A stretch of DNA of 64,000 nucleotides from Dehalococcoidia bacterium (lineage in GTDB: Bacteria > Chloroflexota > Dehalococcoidia > Bin125), in contig CAXXNO010000004.1 in assembly GCA_963663235.2 (NCBI GenBank), forward strand, positions 288,001 through 352,000, written 5' to 3'. The position numbers and the translations under genes were made by a program. The notes below the pieces were generated by a model, which had not been told where the DNA came from, searched no databases, and worked only from the letters and a program-made list of their open reading frames with translations. Positions 8,364 through 17,552 of the stretch are shown here, piece after piece (the first letter of the stretch is position 1; each line of letters starts with the position of its first letter).

Positions 8364-9178
8364 GCGGGGTAGGGCTCGGCCCGGGCCGGGTTGTCCTGGC
8401 CGCCCTTGGTGATGGAGCCGGTGTCCACGGTCAGCGAGCCGTCCGTGTTGACGCTGATGGCCATTGTGTCCATCGGGCGGGGCGCGGGACCGAAGGTGCG
8501 GACGCCCGCCTTGGTGTAGGTGGAGCCGTGGCAGGGGCAGCGGAACCAGCCGGTCACCCCCTCAAACCCGAAGGTGGGACGCCAGGGCACGGTGCACCCG
8601 AGGTGCGGGCACTTCCACCAGAGGGCGAGGAGCCCCCCAGCGCCTTGTTCGCCGAAGCCGCCGTGCGTCCCTTCACCGGGTTCCAGATTCACCAGCCAGA
8701 ACTTGCCGATGGCGAGGCGCACCGGGTCATCGCCGGGATCAGGCACCAAATCCGCCGCGACGCCGATCTGGCCACCAAACCCTGTGAGGCCCCGGGGCCA
8801 GAAGAAAGCGAGGAAGGCGGCGACGGAGCCCGTGAGCCCGATCCCGAACACGCCCCAGAAGGAGGCGCCCAGGAACTGGCGGCGGGCGACCTGCATGCCG
8901 CCGGCGCGACCCCGCTGCGCCTTGCGGACGATGGCCCGCTGGGGCGCGGCCTCGGCGCTGACGCCGCGCTGGTCGCCCGCGCCGAGATGGGGCGCGCGCT
9001 GGGGCCGCACGGCGGACGAGGGCTCGTCGCGGGAGGGGGTGCGGCGCGGCGGGCCGCCTTCGCCCGTGCCGCCCTCCGCGGGCTCGGGGGCGCCCGCGCG
9101 GGCGGGGACCGCCGCCTGCTCTGGCTCCTCCGCGGGCTGCGCGCCCTCGGCTGGTGGCTGCTGTTGCTCGTCCGTCAT
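8360..9178 (-). CDS. Rieske 2Fe-2S subunit of a quinol:cytochrome c reductase
   Basis: Tat-like RRQFL motif plus TM helix; CPHLGC and CPCHGSTY; GPAPRPM. Confidence 0.95.
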   Translation of the reverse strand: MTDEQQQPPAEGAQPAEEPEQAAVPARAGAPEPAEGGTGEGGPPRRTPSRDEPSSAVRPQRAPHLGAGDQRGVSAEAAPQRAIVRKAQRGRAGGMQVARRQFLGASFWGVFGIGLTGSVAAFLAFFWPRGLTGFGGQIGVAADLVPDPGDDPVRLAIGKFWLVNLEPGEGTHGGFGEQGAGGLLALWWKCPHLGCTVPWRPTFGFEGVTGWFRCPCHGSTYTKAGVRTFGPAPRPMDTMAISVNTDGSLTVDTGSITKGGQDNPARAEPYPA

Positions 9179-9197
9179 ACCGCTCCGGCGTCCGTCT

Positions 9198-10100
9198 CTA
9201 TTCCTCTACCACCACGATATCCCACGGCGGCCGTAGTTCCTGCGCCTCGCCGCGGAAGGCGACCCCGATAACGATTAGCGTGATGTACGCGGCGATGAAG
9301 CCGCTAAAGATCAGGATGGCGATGTCACGCCGCGACCGGATCCAGCCGAGTTTCCTCTTGGTAAAGAGGACCAGCAGGATGGGCAGACCCACCATGGCGG
9401 CCACGGGGATGACCTGCTGGGATAAGAACGAGGGGAAGTTGAGATTCAGCAGCCAGGGGTCGTTGGTGGTGCCGGGGATGCCGAGGGGGATGGCGCGCCA
9501 ATCCTGGAACATCTTGAAGTCGCCGATGGTGAAGCTGAGGTCATCCCAGTTGATCTTGGTGTCGATGGAGCGCAGGTCGCGGGCCCAGTCGAGCCCGCCC
9601 GGCCAGGTGAAGTCGCGGTTGAGACGGAGGCCGCGGATGACGTTTTCGGTCCACTCCACGTGCTTGGAGGCGTCATAGAGGACGAGCCAGATGGTGCCGA
9701 AGAGGCCGACGCCCGCGCCCCAGATCGACAGCCGGACCGAGTTCGCCGTGCCAAACCACACCCCCTGCTTCTCGTTGCTGCGATCCCAGTAGGGGATGGC
9801 GGCCAGGAGCACGAGGGCGATGGTGGGCACGATGACCCCCGCCCAAGCCGGCTCCATGTGCAGCAAGAGTTCCTGGAGGTTGAGGAAGTACCAGGGGGCC
9901 TTGGAGGGGTTCGGCGTGGTGTCTGGGTCCGCGCGACTGAGCAGCGGGGCGTTGATGAAGGCGGACAGGCCGACAAGGATGACGGTGAAGAGAACGGCGG
10001 AGATGAACTCCACGAAGACTAGGTCCGGCCAGACCAGGACCTCTTCTTCGCGCTCGCGGCGCTGTCGAGGCCGGGCCGCCGAGGCTACGCGTTCAGCCAT
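9198..10100 (-). CDS. Cytochrome b subunit IV-like (C-terminal half of split cytochrome b)
   Basis: WPDLV and ADPDTTPNPSKAPWYFL (PEWY equivalent); several TM helices. Confidence 0.9.
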   Translation of the reverse strand: MAERVASAARPRQRREREEEVLVWPDLVFVEFISAVLFTVILVGLSAFINAPLLSRADPDTTPNPSKAPWYFLNLQELLLHMEPAWAGVIVPTIALVLLAAIPYWDRSNEKQGVWFGTANSVRLSIWGAGVGLFGTIWLVLYDASKHVEWTENVIRGLRLNRDFTWPGGLDWARDLRSIDTKINWDDLSFTIGDFKMFQDWRAIPLGIPGTTNDPWLLNLNFPSFLSQQVIPVAAMVGLPILLVLFTKRKLGWIRSRRDIAILIFSGFIAAYITLIVIGVAFRGEAQELRPPWDIVVVEE

Positions 10101-10143
10101 CGCTCCCTAACCCGGCGCCGGCTGGCCCGGCGCGGCGGCCCCT

Positions 10144-10899
10144 CTAGAGGGGTCGCGCCATTCCGCCATCGCGTCTGATCCGCCAGAAATGCACGGCCAT
10201 GAAGATCGCAGCGAGCAAAGGCAAGGCGATCACGTGCAGGGTATAGAAGCGGATCAACGCGTTGGGGCCCACGGAGAAGCCGCCCAGCAGCAGGAACTTG
10301 CTCTCGTCGCCCAGGATCGGCGCCGAGCCGATCATGGTGGTGCCCACGGTGATGGCCCAGAACGCCAGTTGATCCCAGGGCAGCAGATAGCCGGTGAAGG
10401 AAAGGAGCAGGGTGAGCACGAAGAGGATCACCCCGATCAGCCAGTTGAATTCGCGGGGGGGCTTGTAGGCGCCCGTGTAGAAGACCCGCATCATGTGCAG
10501 CAGCACGGTGATGATCATCGCGTGCGCCATCCAGCGATGCAGATTGCGCATCAGCGTGCCGAACCGCACGGTGGTCTCCAAGGCCTGGATGTCCGCATAG
10601 GCCCGCTCGACGGAGGGGACGTAGTAGAACATCAGGAGCACGCCGGTGACGGTCAGCCCCAGGAACATGAAGAAGGTGAGACCGCCCAGGCAGTAGGTGT
10701 GCGTGATCTTGACGTGCGTGCGGTGCAGCCGGGTGGGATGCAGGTGGAGAAAGACGTTGGTGGCGACCACCAGCATCTGATTGCGGGGCGTGTTGGGATA
10801 GCCGGTGCGGAAAATGGAGCGCCAGACGTAGTTGCCGAACAGCGCGTCGTAGAGCTGGTCGTTGAGCCCTTTACGTGGGGGGCGCTCCGCCGTAGCCAT
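10144..10899 (-). CDS. Cytochrome b6-like subunit (N-terminal half)
   Basis: [31 protein letters not shown] and RFYTLH motifs. Confidence 0.96.
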   Translation of the reverse strand: MATAERPPRKGLNDQLYDALFGNYVWRSIFRTGYPNTPRNQMLVVATNVFLHLHPTRLHRTHVKITHTYCLGGLTFFMFLGLTVTGVLLMFYYVPSVERAYADIQALETTVRFGTLMRNLHRWMAHAMIITVLLHMMRVFYTGAYKPPREFNWLIGVILFVLTLLLSFTGYLLPWDQLAFWAITVGTTMIGSAPILGDESKFLLLGGFSVGPNALIRFYTLHVIALPLLAAIFMAVHFWRIRRDGGMARPL

Positions 10900-10915
10900 G
10901 CGCGGCTGCCGCTCT

Positions 10916-11035
10916 CTAGTGATCCCACCAACGCCCGAGGGCGACCATGGCGCCGAGCCCAAAGACGATCGTGATAAAGACCAGCGGAAGCTCCATGATC
11001 TCGGAGCGGAAGGGGATTTGCAGCAGGACTTCCAC
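10916..11035 (-). CDS. Small single-TM protein leading the Rieske/cytb operon
   Basis: [47 protein letters not shown]; lies between the promoter and cytochrome b. Confidence 0.6.
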   Translation of the reverse strand: MEVLLQIPFRSEIMELPLVFITIVFGLGAMVALGRWWDH

Positions 11036-11155
11036 GCCGCGCGGACCTCGCTCTCGGTCAGGCCTGACCTGCGCCTCGCTTGCGTCGCGCCGCGCGCCCA
11101 TCCCGCGGCCGAGCCGAAGACGAGGGCGCGCTTCGTGAAGGATTGTGCAATCGCG

Positions 11156-11183
11156 AATCTAGCATGCCGCTTGGGAGTGTCAA
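11156..11183 (-). promoter_or_regulatory. Sigma70 promoter of the Rieske/cytb operon
   Basis: TTGACA-N16-TAGATT with an extended -10 (TGC-TAGATT). Confidence 0.6.
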
Positions 11184-11202
11184 GCGGGCCGGCCGGCGGC
11201 GG

Positions 11203-12249
11203 TCAGCCGGCGCCCGCGATCTCGACGGCGGGCGCGCCGTCCGCGGCGGTGATCTCCCCGACGACGCTCGCCGCCGGGTCGACGGCCAGCAGCGCGGCGA
11301 CATCCGGCGGCGCGACGGCCACGATCAGGCCGAGGCCCATGTTGAAGACCCGGAACATCTCGGCCTCGGTGATATCACCGGAGCGCTGGATCAGGGCGAA
11401 GATCGGCGGCTCGGGCCAGCTCCCCCGTCGCAGCCGAGCCGCAGCGCCGGGGGGCAGGATGCGCGCGAGGTTCTCGGCGATGGCGCCGCCGGTGATATGG
11501 GCGATGCCCTTGCAGCGACCGAGGACCGGCTGCAACTGCGTCGCATAGCAGCGATGCGGCCGCAGCAGCGCGTCGCCCAGCGGGGCGCCGAGCTCGGCGG
11601 GCGCGGCGAGCAGGATGCGCTGGTCCTGCTCCTCATCACCGCGGCCCAACTGAAAGACCGCCCGCGCCAAGGAGTAGCCGTTGGTGTGGAGCCCGCTGCT
11701 GGGAAAGCCGACGAGTGTGTCCCCCAGGGCGATGGTGCTGCCATCGATCTGGCGGCCCTTTTCCACGACCCCCACGATGGTGCCGGCGAGGTCGAAGTCA
11801 CCCGAGCGGTAGAGCCCCGGCATGTCCGCCGTCTCGCCGCCGAGGAGCGCCGTCTCCGTGGCCCGGCAGGCGCGCGCGACGCCGGCGACGATCTCCACCT
11901 TGTGGTCCGCGGTGAGGTCGCTGCCGGCCAGGTAGTCCAAGAAGAAGAGCGGACGGGCGCCCGCCGTGAGGATGTCGTTGATGCAGTGGTTGACTAGGTC
12001 TTCGCCCACCGTGCCATAGCGCTGGAGCGTGCGAGCGATCAGCAGCTTGGTGCCGACGCCGTCCGTGGAGGCGACCAGGAGTGGTTGCTTGAAGCCGCTG
12101 ATATCGAAGAGGCCGCTGAAGGCCCCGAGACCGCCGATGACCTCAGGGCGGCCAGCCGTGGCGGCGAGAGCGCGCAGGCGCGGGATCAGCCGCGTGTTGG
12201 CGTCGACGTCGACTCCGGCGGCAGCGTAGCGCGAGGCCTCAGCGGCCAC
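11203..12249 (-). CDS. purM: Phosphoribosylformylglycinamidine cyclo-ligase (AIR synthase)
   Basis: YAAAGVD, STDGVGTK, GGETADMP, SSGLHTNGYS and HITGG motifs. Confidence 0.97.
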   Translation of the reverse strand: MAAEASRYAAAGVDVDANTRLIPRLRALAATAGRPEVIGGLGAFSGLFDISGFKQPLLVASTDGVGTKLLIARTLQRYGTVGEDLVNHCINDILTAGARPLFFLDYLAGSDLTADHKVEIVAGVARACRATETALLGGETADMPGLYRSGDFDLAGTIVGVVEKGRQIDGSTIALGDTLVGFPSSGLHTNGYSLARAVFQLGRGDEEQDQRILLAAPAELGAPLGDALLRPHRCYATQLQPVLGRCKGIAHITGGAIAENLARILPPGAAARLRRGSWPEPPIFALIQRSGDITEAEMFRVFNMGLGLIVAVAPPDVAALLAVDPAASVVGEITAADGAPAVEIAGAG

Positions 12250-13729
12250 TCCACTCCTTGGACGGCATGGGGGCGCTGTGCACGGTGGCGTTGGAGACGA
12301 GACGTGGGGAGTCGCCGTCGATCTCTTGGCCGTTGCGCTCGAAGGCGAGTTTATCCATGTCCAACTGCACCGGGACGGGATATTGGCCGGTGAAGCAGGC
12401 CAGGCAGTGGGGCTCCCCGGCCAAGTTCACGGCGCTTTGCAGCCCTTCCAGGCTGAGGTAGCCGAGGCTGTCGGCGTTGATGTGCTGCCGAATCTCATCG
12501 ACCGAGAGTTGGGCGGCGATCAATTCGCCGCGCGTGGCCATGTCCACGCCGAAGAAGCAGGCGTTGGTGATAGGCGGCGCGCAGATGCGCATGTGCACCT
12601 CGGCCGCCCCCGCGTTGCGCAGCAGCGCGATCACGCGCGGGGTCGTGGTGCCGCGGACGATGGAGTCGTCGATCACCGCGATCCGCTTGCCCCGGATGAT
12701 GTCCGGGAGCGGATTGAACTTCAGGCTGACCCCCAGCTCCCGCAGGTGCTGGTCCGGCTGGATGAAGGTGCGGCCCACGTAGCGGTTCTTCACCAACCCC
12801 TCCGCATAGGGGAGGCCGGCCGCGCGCGCGTAGCCGACCGCCGCCGCGGTGGCGGAGTCGGGGATGCCGATGACGAGATCGGCGGTGGGCGTGGGATGCT
12901 CCTTGGCCAAGCGCTCACCCATCGCCAGGCGGCTGGAGTAGACCAGCCGGCCGTCGAGCTTGGAGTCGGGCCGGGCGAAGTAGATGTGCTCGAAGACGCA
13001 ACCGGCCCGCTGCTCGACCGGGGCCACCTGCTCCGACTTGAGCCCCTCAGCGCTGATGGTGAGCAACTCCCCGGGAGCGATATCGCGCACGTATTCGGCG
13101 CCGATGTGGTCCAGGGCGCAGGTCTCCGAGGCCACGGCGTAACCGCCGTCGATGCGGCCGAGGCAAAGCGGCCGCACGCCGAGGGGATCGCGGGCGGCCA
13201 TGACCCGGTCCGCGGTCAGCAGGACGAGGGAGTAGGCCCCGTTGAAGGCGCGCATCATCTGCGCGAAGCGCTCCGCCCAGGACCCAGCGCCGGCCAGCAA
13301 CGCGCGCCCAATGATCTCCGAGTCCGTGGAGGTGGAGAAGCGCTGGCCCTCGCGCTCCATGTGGGCGCGCATCTCCACGGCGTTGACCACGTTGCCGTTG
13401 TGGGCGAGCGCGAGCTCGCCGTCGGCGCCGTTGAGCAGCAACGGCTGCGCGTTGCGTGGGTGGCTGGAGCCCGTGGTGGAGTAGCGGGTATGTCCGATGG
13501 CGGCGAGGCCGCCGCGCAGCGGCTCGAGGTCGCTCTCCTCGAAAACCTGGGACACAAGCCCCATGCCCGTGTGCAGGCTCAGGCGCTCTCCGTCCGAGGC
13601 GCAGATCCCGGCGCTTTCCTGCCCACGATGCTGGAGCGCGTAAAGCCCGTAGAAGGTGAGTCGTGCGACGTCCAGGCCGGGGGCAAAGACGCCGAAAACT
13701 CCGCAGGCCTCTCGCATCTGGTCGCCCAC
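12239..13729 (-). CDS. purF: Amidophosphoribosyltransferase
   Basis: EACGVFG, LQHRGQESAG, GHTRYSTTG and IDDSIVRGTT motifs; Fe-S Cys present; GGAGG RBS before GTG 13729. Confidence 0.97.
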   Translation of the reverse strand: MGDQMREACGVFGVFAPGLDVARLTFYGLYALQHRGQESAGICASDGERLSLHTGMGLVSQVFEESDLEPLRGGLAAIGHTRYSTTGSSHPRNAQPLLLNGADGELALAHNGNVVNAVEMRAHMEREGQRFSTSTDSEIIGRALLAGAGSWAERFAQMMRAFNGAYSLVLLTADRVMAARDPLGVRPLCLGRIDGGYAVASETCALDHIGAEYVRDIAPGELLTISAEGLKSEQVAPVEQRAGCVFEHIYFARPDSKLDGRLVYSSRLAMGERLAKEHPTPTADLVIGIPDSATAAAVGYARAAGLPYAEGLVKNRYVGRTFIQPDQHLRELGVSLKFNPLPDIIRGKRIAVIDDSIVRGTTTPRVIALLRNAGAAEVHMRICAPPITNACFFGVDMATRGELIAAQLSVDEIRQHINADSLGYLSLEGLQSAVNLAGEPHCLACFTGQYPVPVQLDMDKLAFERNGQEIDGDSPRLVSNATVHSAPMPSKEWSGR

Positions 13730-13854
13730 GGTTACCTCCCGCGACACCGACCCGAGACACTGCCTGTTCCGCGTCCGCGTGGGAGCGGAACAGCCCTGCG
13801 TGTCCTCAATGTAACACAAGGCCGGTCTGGTTCCAGCGCGAACCGCCGCGAGCC

Positions 13855-14277
13855 TTACGGAGCGGGCGCCGCCCAGCGCTGATGCTCCACCGCGATGCAG
13901 CGGTCCTGCACGGTGCGCAGCCCAGCGCGAGCCGCCCGCTCCAATCCGGCGTCGTTGCGGATGCCGAGCTGGAGCCACACGGCCCCGGCGCCCACGCCGA
14001 CGGCCGCATCGATGGCGGGGCCGGTCGCCTGGGAGCGGCGGAACACGTTGACGCCGTCGATGGAGTGGGGCACGGCTTCCAGCGTCGGGTAGACCGGCTC
14101 ACCCAGGATGGACCCGCGCTCACGCGGATTGACGGGGATGATGCGGTAGCCGTGTTCCTGCATGTAGCGGGCCACCTGGAAGCTGGGGCGCTGCGCTCCG
14201 GCCGAGAGGCCGACCACCGCGATCGTGCGGGCATCGTGGAGGATGGCGTCGATCAGCGCGTCGAGGCGGGCGGGCAT
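13855..14277 (-). CDS. CoA-binding domain protein (YccU-like)
   Basis: TIAVVGLS, RPS, GYRIIPVNP, VWLQLGI and DRC motifs. Confidence 0.9.
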   Translation of the reverse strand: MPARLDALIDAILHDARTIAVVGLSAGAQRPSFQVARYMQEHGYRIIPVNPRERGSILGEPVYPTLEAVPHSIDGVNVFRRSQATGPAIDAAVGVGAGAVWLQLGIRNDAGLERAARAGLRTVQDRCIAVEHQRWAAPAP

Positions 14278-14291
14278 GACGGCTCCGCGCC

Positions 14292-14945
14292 CTACCAGAT
14301 GGGGCCGCGCAGCGGCGCGTCGCTGATGGCGGCGAACGCCTCCGCCACTTCCATCACCCGGTCGAGCCCGGTTTCCTCCATCTCGCGCGGAACGGAGAGC
14401 CCGCCGACGCGGAGGCGTTTCCCGTTCTTCTTCACCAGCGTCAGGTCCCACTGGGCGAAGGCGTGCGCCTCCTCCACGCCGTCGGGGTGCTGGATCTCCC
14501 GGCCCGCGTCCTCCACCACGAACTCCCGGATCTTCCAGAAGGGCACCAGGTCCGTCGTGCCCACGCCCATGCCGAGGACGGGCTGCTTCCAGGCCACCGA
14601 GCGACCGGCCCCGTCGGCCACGACGTTGGCCCCGAAGAGGGAGTAGACGAGCCCCAGCCCGGCGATCGGCAGGGCCAGCACGGCACCGGCCAGCAGCACC
14701 GGCAGCGACCAAAAAGGTAAGGAGCCGGACCACTGCACCAGCGCGAAGAGGAGGAACGCGGCCAGCGCGACTCCCATCGCCGGCAGCACGATCAGCGAGC
14801 GGGGGCGGCGGACCTCGATCCGGTCCGCCGAGATCTGCACCACCCGCCGGTGGAGGAGAACCTCGCGCGGACGCAGCGGCTCGGCATCGCGCGCCGCGGG
14901 CTCGACGGCAGCACGCCCGGCGACGGGAGTGAACGGGACGCTCAT
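14292..14945 (-). CDS. Hypothetical 2-TM membrane protein
   Basis: Two hydrophobic segments followed by a beta-rich soluble domain; coding-like codon bias. Confidence 0.7.
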   Translation of the reverse strand: MSVPFTPVAGRAAVEPAARDAEPLRPREVLLHRRVVQISADRIEVRRPRSLIVLPAMGVALAAFLLFALVQWSGSLPFWSLPVLLAGAVLALPIAGLGLVYSLFGANVVADGAGRSVAWKQPVLGMGVGTTDLVPFWKIREFVVEDAGREIQHPDGVEEAHAFAQWDLTLVKKNGKRLRVGGLSVPREMEETGLDRVMEVAEAFAAISDAPLRGPIW

Positions 14946-15018
14946 GGCGCTCCCGAGTATACCGAGCCAACACCGACGCAGCCTGGACGGGCGCGAATCC
15001 CGTTCCTATCCTCGCGCC

Positions 15019-15249
15019 ATGGACCGTACCCGCCTGACCGGCCTGGTGCTCATGGCCGTGACCGTGGCGCAGCTGGCGCTGTTCGTCACCATGACGGCCC
15101 GCCGCAGCTACGCGGCGCTGGCCGTACCGGTGACCGTAGGGGTCACCGTCGTGTCGGTCCTCGGTTTCTGGGTCGGCTGGACCGTCCTCGCGATGGAGGA
15201 TGACCTCTCCGGCCTGGAGTTCGAAGCCGAGCCGCTGGACGAAGACTAG
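15019..15249 (+). CDS. Small 2-TM membrane protein
   Basis: MDRTRLTGLVLMAVTVAQLALFV...FWVGWTVLAMEDD with an acidic tail. Confidence 0.7.
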   Translation: MDRTRLTGLVLMAVTVAQLALFVTMTARRSYAALAVPVTVGVTVVSVLGFWVGWTVLAMEDDLSGLEFEAEPLDED

Positions 15250-15752
15250 CCGGCGGCCGGCGTGCCCCAGCCCGCATCCGCCAGCCGCACGAGATCGCCC
15301 GTATCGACGCCGGCCAGGGCGGCCCGCACGTCCACGCTCCAGCCCGGCAGGCGCCGCCGCGGCGCCACGTCCGCCAGCGGCCGTAGCACGAAGCCGCGCT
15401 CGGCAATGCGCGGATGGGGAATCGTCAAGCGCTCATCCTCAAGGCGCCAGTTGTCGTAGAAGAGGATGTCGAGGTCGAGCGGGCGCGGCCCCCAGCGCGG
15501 ACCGGGGCGACGACCGACGTCCCATTCGATCCGCTGGAGGCGCTCCAGTAGCGGATGGGGAAGGAGATCCGTCTCGGCGAGGCACACGGCGTTGAGGAAG
15601 CGGGGCTGCTCCGTGACCCCCACCGGGGCCGACTCGTACAGCGCCGAGAGCGCCGTCACGCGCACCGCGGGGGGCAGGAGCGCCAGGCCGCGCCGCAGAT
15701 TGGCCAGCCGGTCGCCGAGGTTGGAGCCCAGCGCGATGCCGACCTCAGCCAC
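15246..15752 (-). CDS. folK: HPPK (2-amino-4-hydroxy-6-hydroxymethyldihydropteridine diphosphokinase)
   Basis: IALGSNLGD, FLNAV, RWGPRPLDLDIL and IPHPRIAERGFVL motifs. Confidence 0.96.
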   Translation of the reverse strand: MAEVGIALGSNLGDRLANLRRGLALLPPAVRVTALSALYESAPVGVTEQPRFLNAVCLAETDLLPHPLLERLQRIEWDVGRRPGPRWGPRPLDLDILFYDNWRLEDERLTIPHPRIAERGFVLRPLADVAPRRRLPGWSVDVRAALAGVDTGDLVRLADAGWGTPAAG

Positions 15753-16593
15753 CGCCCGCGCCTCGTGCCCAGCCGCGCACGACGGCGTCCGTCATCCGGG
15801 CCACGCGCACCATCTCCCGGACATCGTGCACGCGCACGACATCGGCTCCGTTGGCGATGGCCAGGGCGACGAGCGCCGCGGTGCCCTCCACCCGTTCCCC
15901 CACGGGCAGGTCCAGCACCAGCCCGATTGTGCTCTTGCGCGACGGCCCCAGAAGGATGGGGTGGCCGAGACGGCGCAACTCGCGCAAGCGCCGGATCAAC
16001 TCCAGGTTCTGCTCCGGCTCCCAGCCGAAGCCAAAGCCGGGGTCGACGATCAGGCGCTCGCGGGCCACGCCCGCGCGGCGCGCGGCCTGGAACGACTCCT
16101 CCAGTCCCCCGCAGACGTCGGCGACGACATCGCGGAACGGGCGGCCGCGCTGGTTGTGCATCACGACCGCCGCCGCGCCGGCCCGGGCGACGGCGTCGGC
16201 GACGCCCGGATCGGCGCGGAAGCCGTTGGTGTCGTTGATGAGCGTGGCGCCCGCCTCCAAGGCGGCGCGGGCCACCGGCCCCTTGCCGGTATCGACGCTG
16301 ACGGGGAGCGCGAACTCCGCACACAGCCGCTGGACCACCGGCGCCACGCGGGCGATCTCGACCTCGGCCGGAACGGGCGTGTAGCCGGGGCGGGTGGACT
16401 CCGCGCCCACGTCCAGGATGTCCGCGCCCTCCGCCACGAAGCGGGCCGCCTGGGCCAGCGCCGCCTCGACATTGGCGCCGAGGCCGTCGCCGGCAAAGGA
16501 GTCGGTGGTGAGGTTGATGATGCCCATGACGTAGGTCCGGTGGCCCCAGGCGAAGGTGCGGCCGGCCAGGGTCAGAGGCTGCGGATCGGGCAT
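15745..16593 (-). CDS. folP: Dihydropteroate synthase
   Basis: MGIINLTTDSF, GAESTRPG, DPGFGF, SRKS and RVHDV motifs. Confidence 0.96.
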   Translation of the reverse strand: MPDPQPLTLAGRTFAWGHRTYVMGIINLTTDSFAGDGLGANVEAALAQAARFVAEGADILDVGAESTRPGYTPVPAEVEIARVAPVVQRLCAEFALPVSVDTGKGPVARAALEAGATLINDTNGFRADPGVADAVARAGAAAVVMHNQRGRPFRDVVADVCGGLEESFQAARRAGVARERLIVDPGFGFGWEPEQNLELIRRLRELRRLGHPILLGPSRKSTIGLVLDLPVGERVEGTAALVALAIANGADVVRVHDVREMVRVARMTDAVVRGWARGAGGG

Positions 16594-16600
16594 GACGGCG

Positions 16601-17107
16601 TCAGGGGGAAAGGGGGACCTCCGTCACAGACACTTTGAGCGGTCCGCCGCTGCTCTCCAGCCGGCAGCGCCGACTCCCCGCGTCCGGATCGCCGCGGCGC
16701 AAGCGGACCTCGGTCTCGTGGCCGTCCTGGATGCGCCACGCGCGCACGTCCGGCGGCTCCTCCGAGAGGGAGACGAGCACCCAGTAGGGCCAGGGGTCGG
16801 GCCCCTCCAGCATGCCGGCGAAGCGGAGGTCCGTGAGGGAGGGCCGAGCGTCCGTCTGCGTATGGGAATGATAGATGGCGAAGAGGTCGGCGCGCTGTTT
16901 CTCGATGGCGCTGAAGAGGTAGTGCAGCTCCGCGGGGGGCAAGGCAAAGCGATAGGGGCTGGCTTCGGCGTTGGTGGCGCGATAGAGCTTGAGGGCGCCG
17001 TCCGGGTAGCGGACCACCACGCCGCAGCACTCGTTGGGCGTGTCCTCACGGGCGTGGACGATCATCTCATCGATGAACGACTGTGGGAGCGTCAACGAGT
17101 CAGCCAC
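16601..17107 (-). CDS. JAMM/MPN+ (M67) metalloprotease, Mec-like CysO-cysteine peptidase
   Basis: PNECCG and YHSHTQTDARPSLTD (E...HxH-x10-D JAMM motif); clustered with cysO/cysM-like genes. Confidence 0.9.
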   Translation of the reverse strand: MADSLTLPQSFIDEMIVHAREDTPNECCGVVVRYPDGALKLYRATNAEASPYRFALPPAELHYLFSAIEKQRADLFAIYHSHTQTDARPSLTDLRFAGMLEGPDPWPYWVLVSLSEEPPDVRAWRIQDGHETEVRLRRGDPDAGSRRCRLESSGGPLKVSVTEVPLSP

Positions 17108-17138
17108 GCCGGCGGTGTCCCCCTCTCTGCACTAGCCC

Positions 17139-17525
17139 TCAGCGGGCGGCCTCTGGCGGCCGCCATTTGCGGATGGGGCCATCGTCATGGCACGAGCCGG
17201 GCGCCCGCTGCATCCGGAGGAGCGACCGGCTGAGCGGCGGGGAGACGAGATGCTCCAGCCAGTGATCGCGCTCAGCGTCCGGGAGCCAGCCTTGCAGGTC
17301 ACCGAGGCGCAGGTGGATCAGCCGGTCGCTCTCCACGATGCCAAAGTCTAACGCCGACCGACCGGGCACCAGCAAGCGGCCGACCGTGTCCGTGCGGAGC
17401 ACCTGGGCGCCGGACCGTTGCAGCGCCTGATTGAGGACCGCGGCGCGAAAATGCAACGGTAGGAGCGCGCCGTCGTTCCAGGCGCGCCGTACCAGGTCCT
17501 GCGCGAGTGCGTCCGCGTCCTGCAT
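17139..17525 (-). CDS. Hypothetical protein within the sulfur-carrier cluster
   Basis: 128-aa ORF with GGAGG RBS, co-oriented between the rhodanese and JAMM genes; C-terminal GSCHDDG. Confidence 0.7.
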   Translation of the reverse strand: MQDADALAQDLVRRAWNDGALLPLHFRAAVLNQALQRSGAQVLRTDTVGRLLVPGRSALDFGIVESDRLIHLRLGDLQGWLPDAERDHWLEHLVSPPLSRSLLRMQRAPGSCHDDGPIRKWRPPEAAR

Positions 17526-17552
17526 GGCCTCCCCAGGCGATGCACGCCGGGG

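Noticed and set aside
11133-11150. Rex operator upstream of the Rieske/cytb operon (TCGTGAAGGATTGTGCAA)
   Set aside because: Only one half-site resembles TTGTGAA; the other has three mismatches, which is too weak without comparative data.
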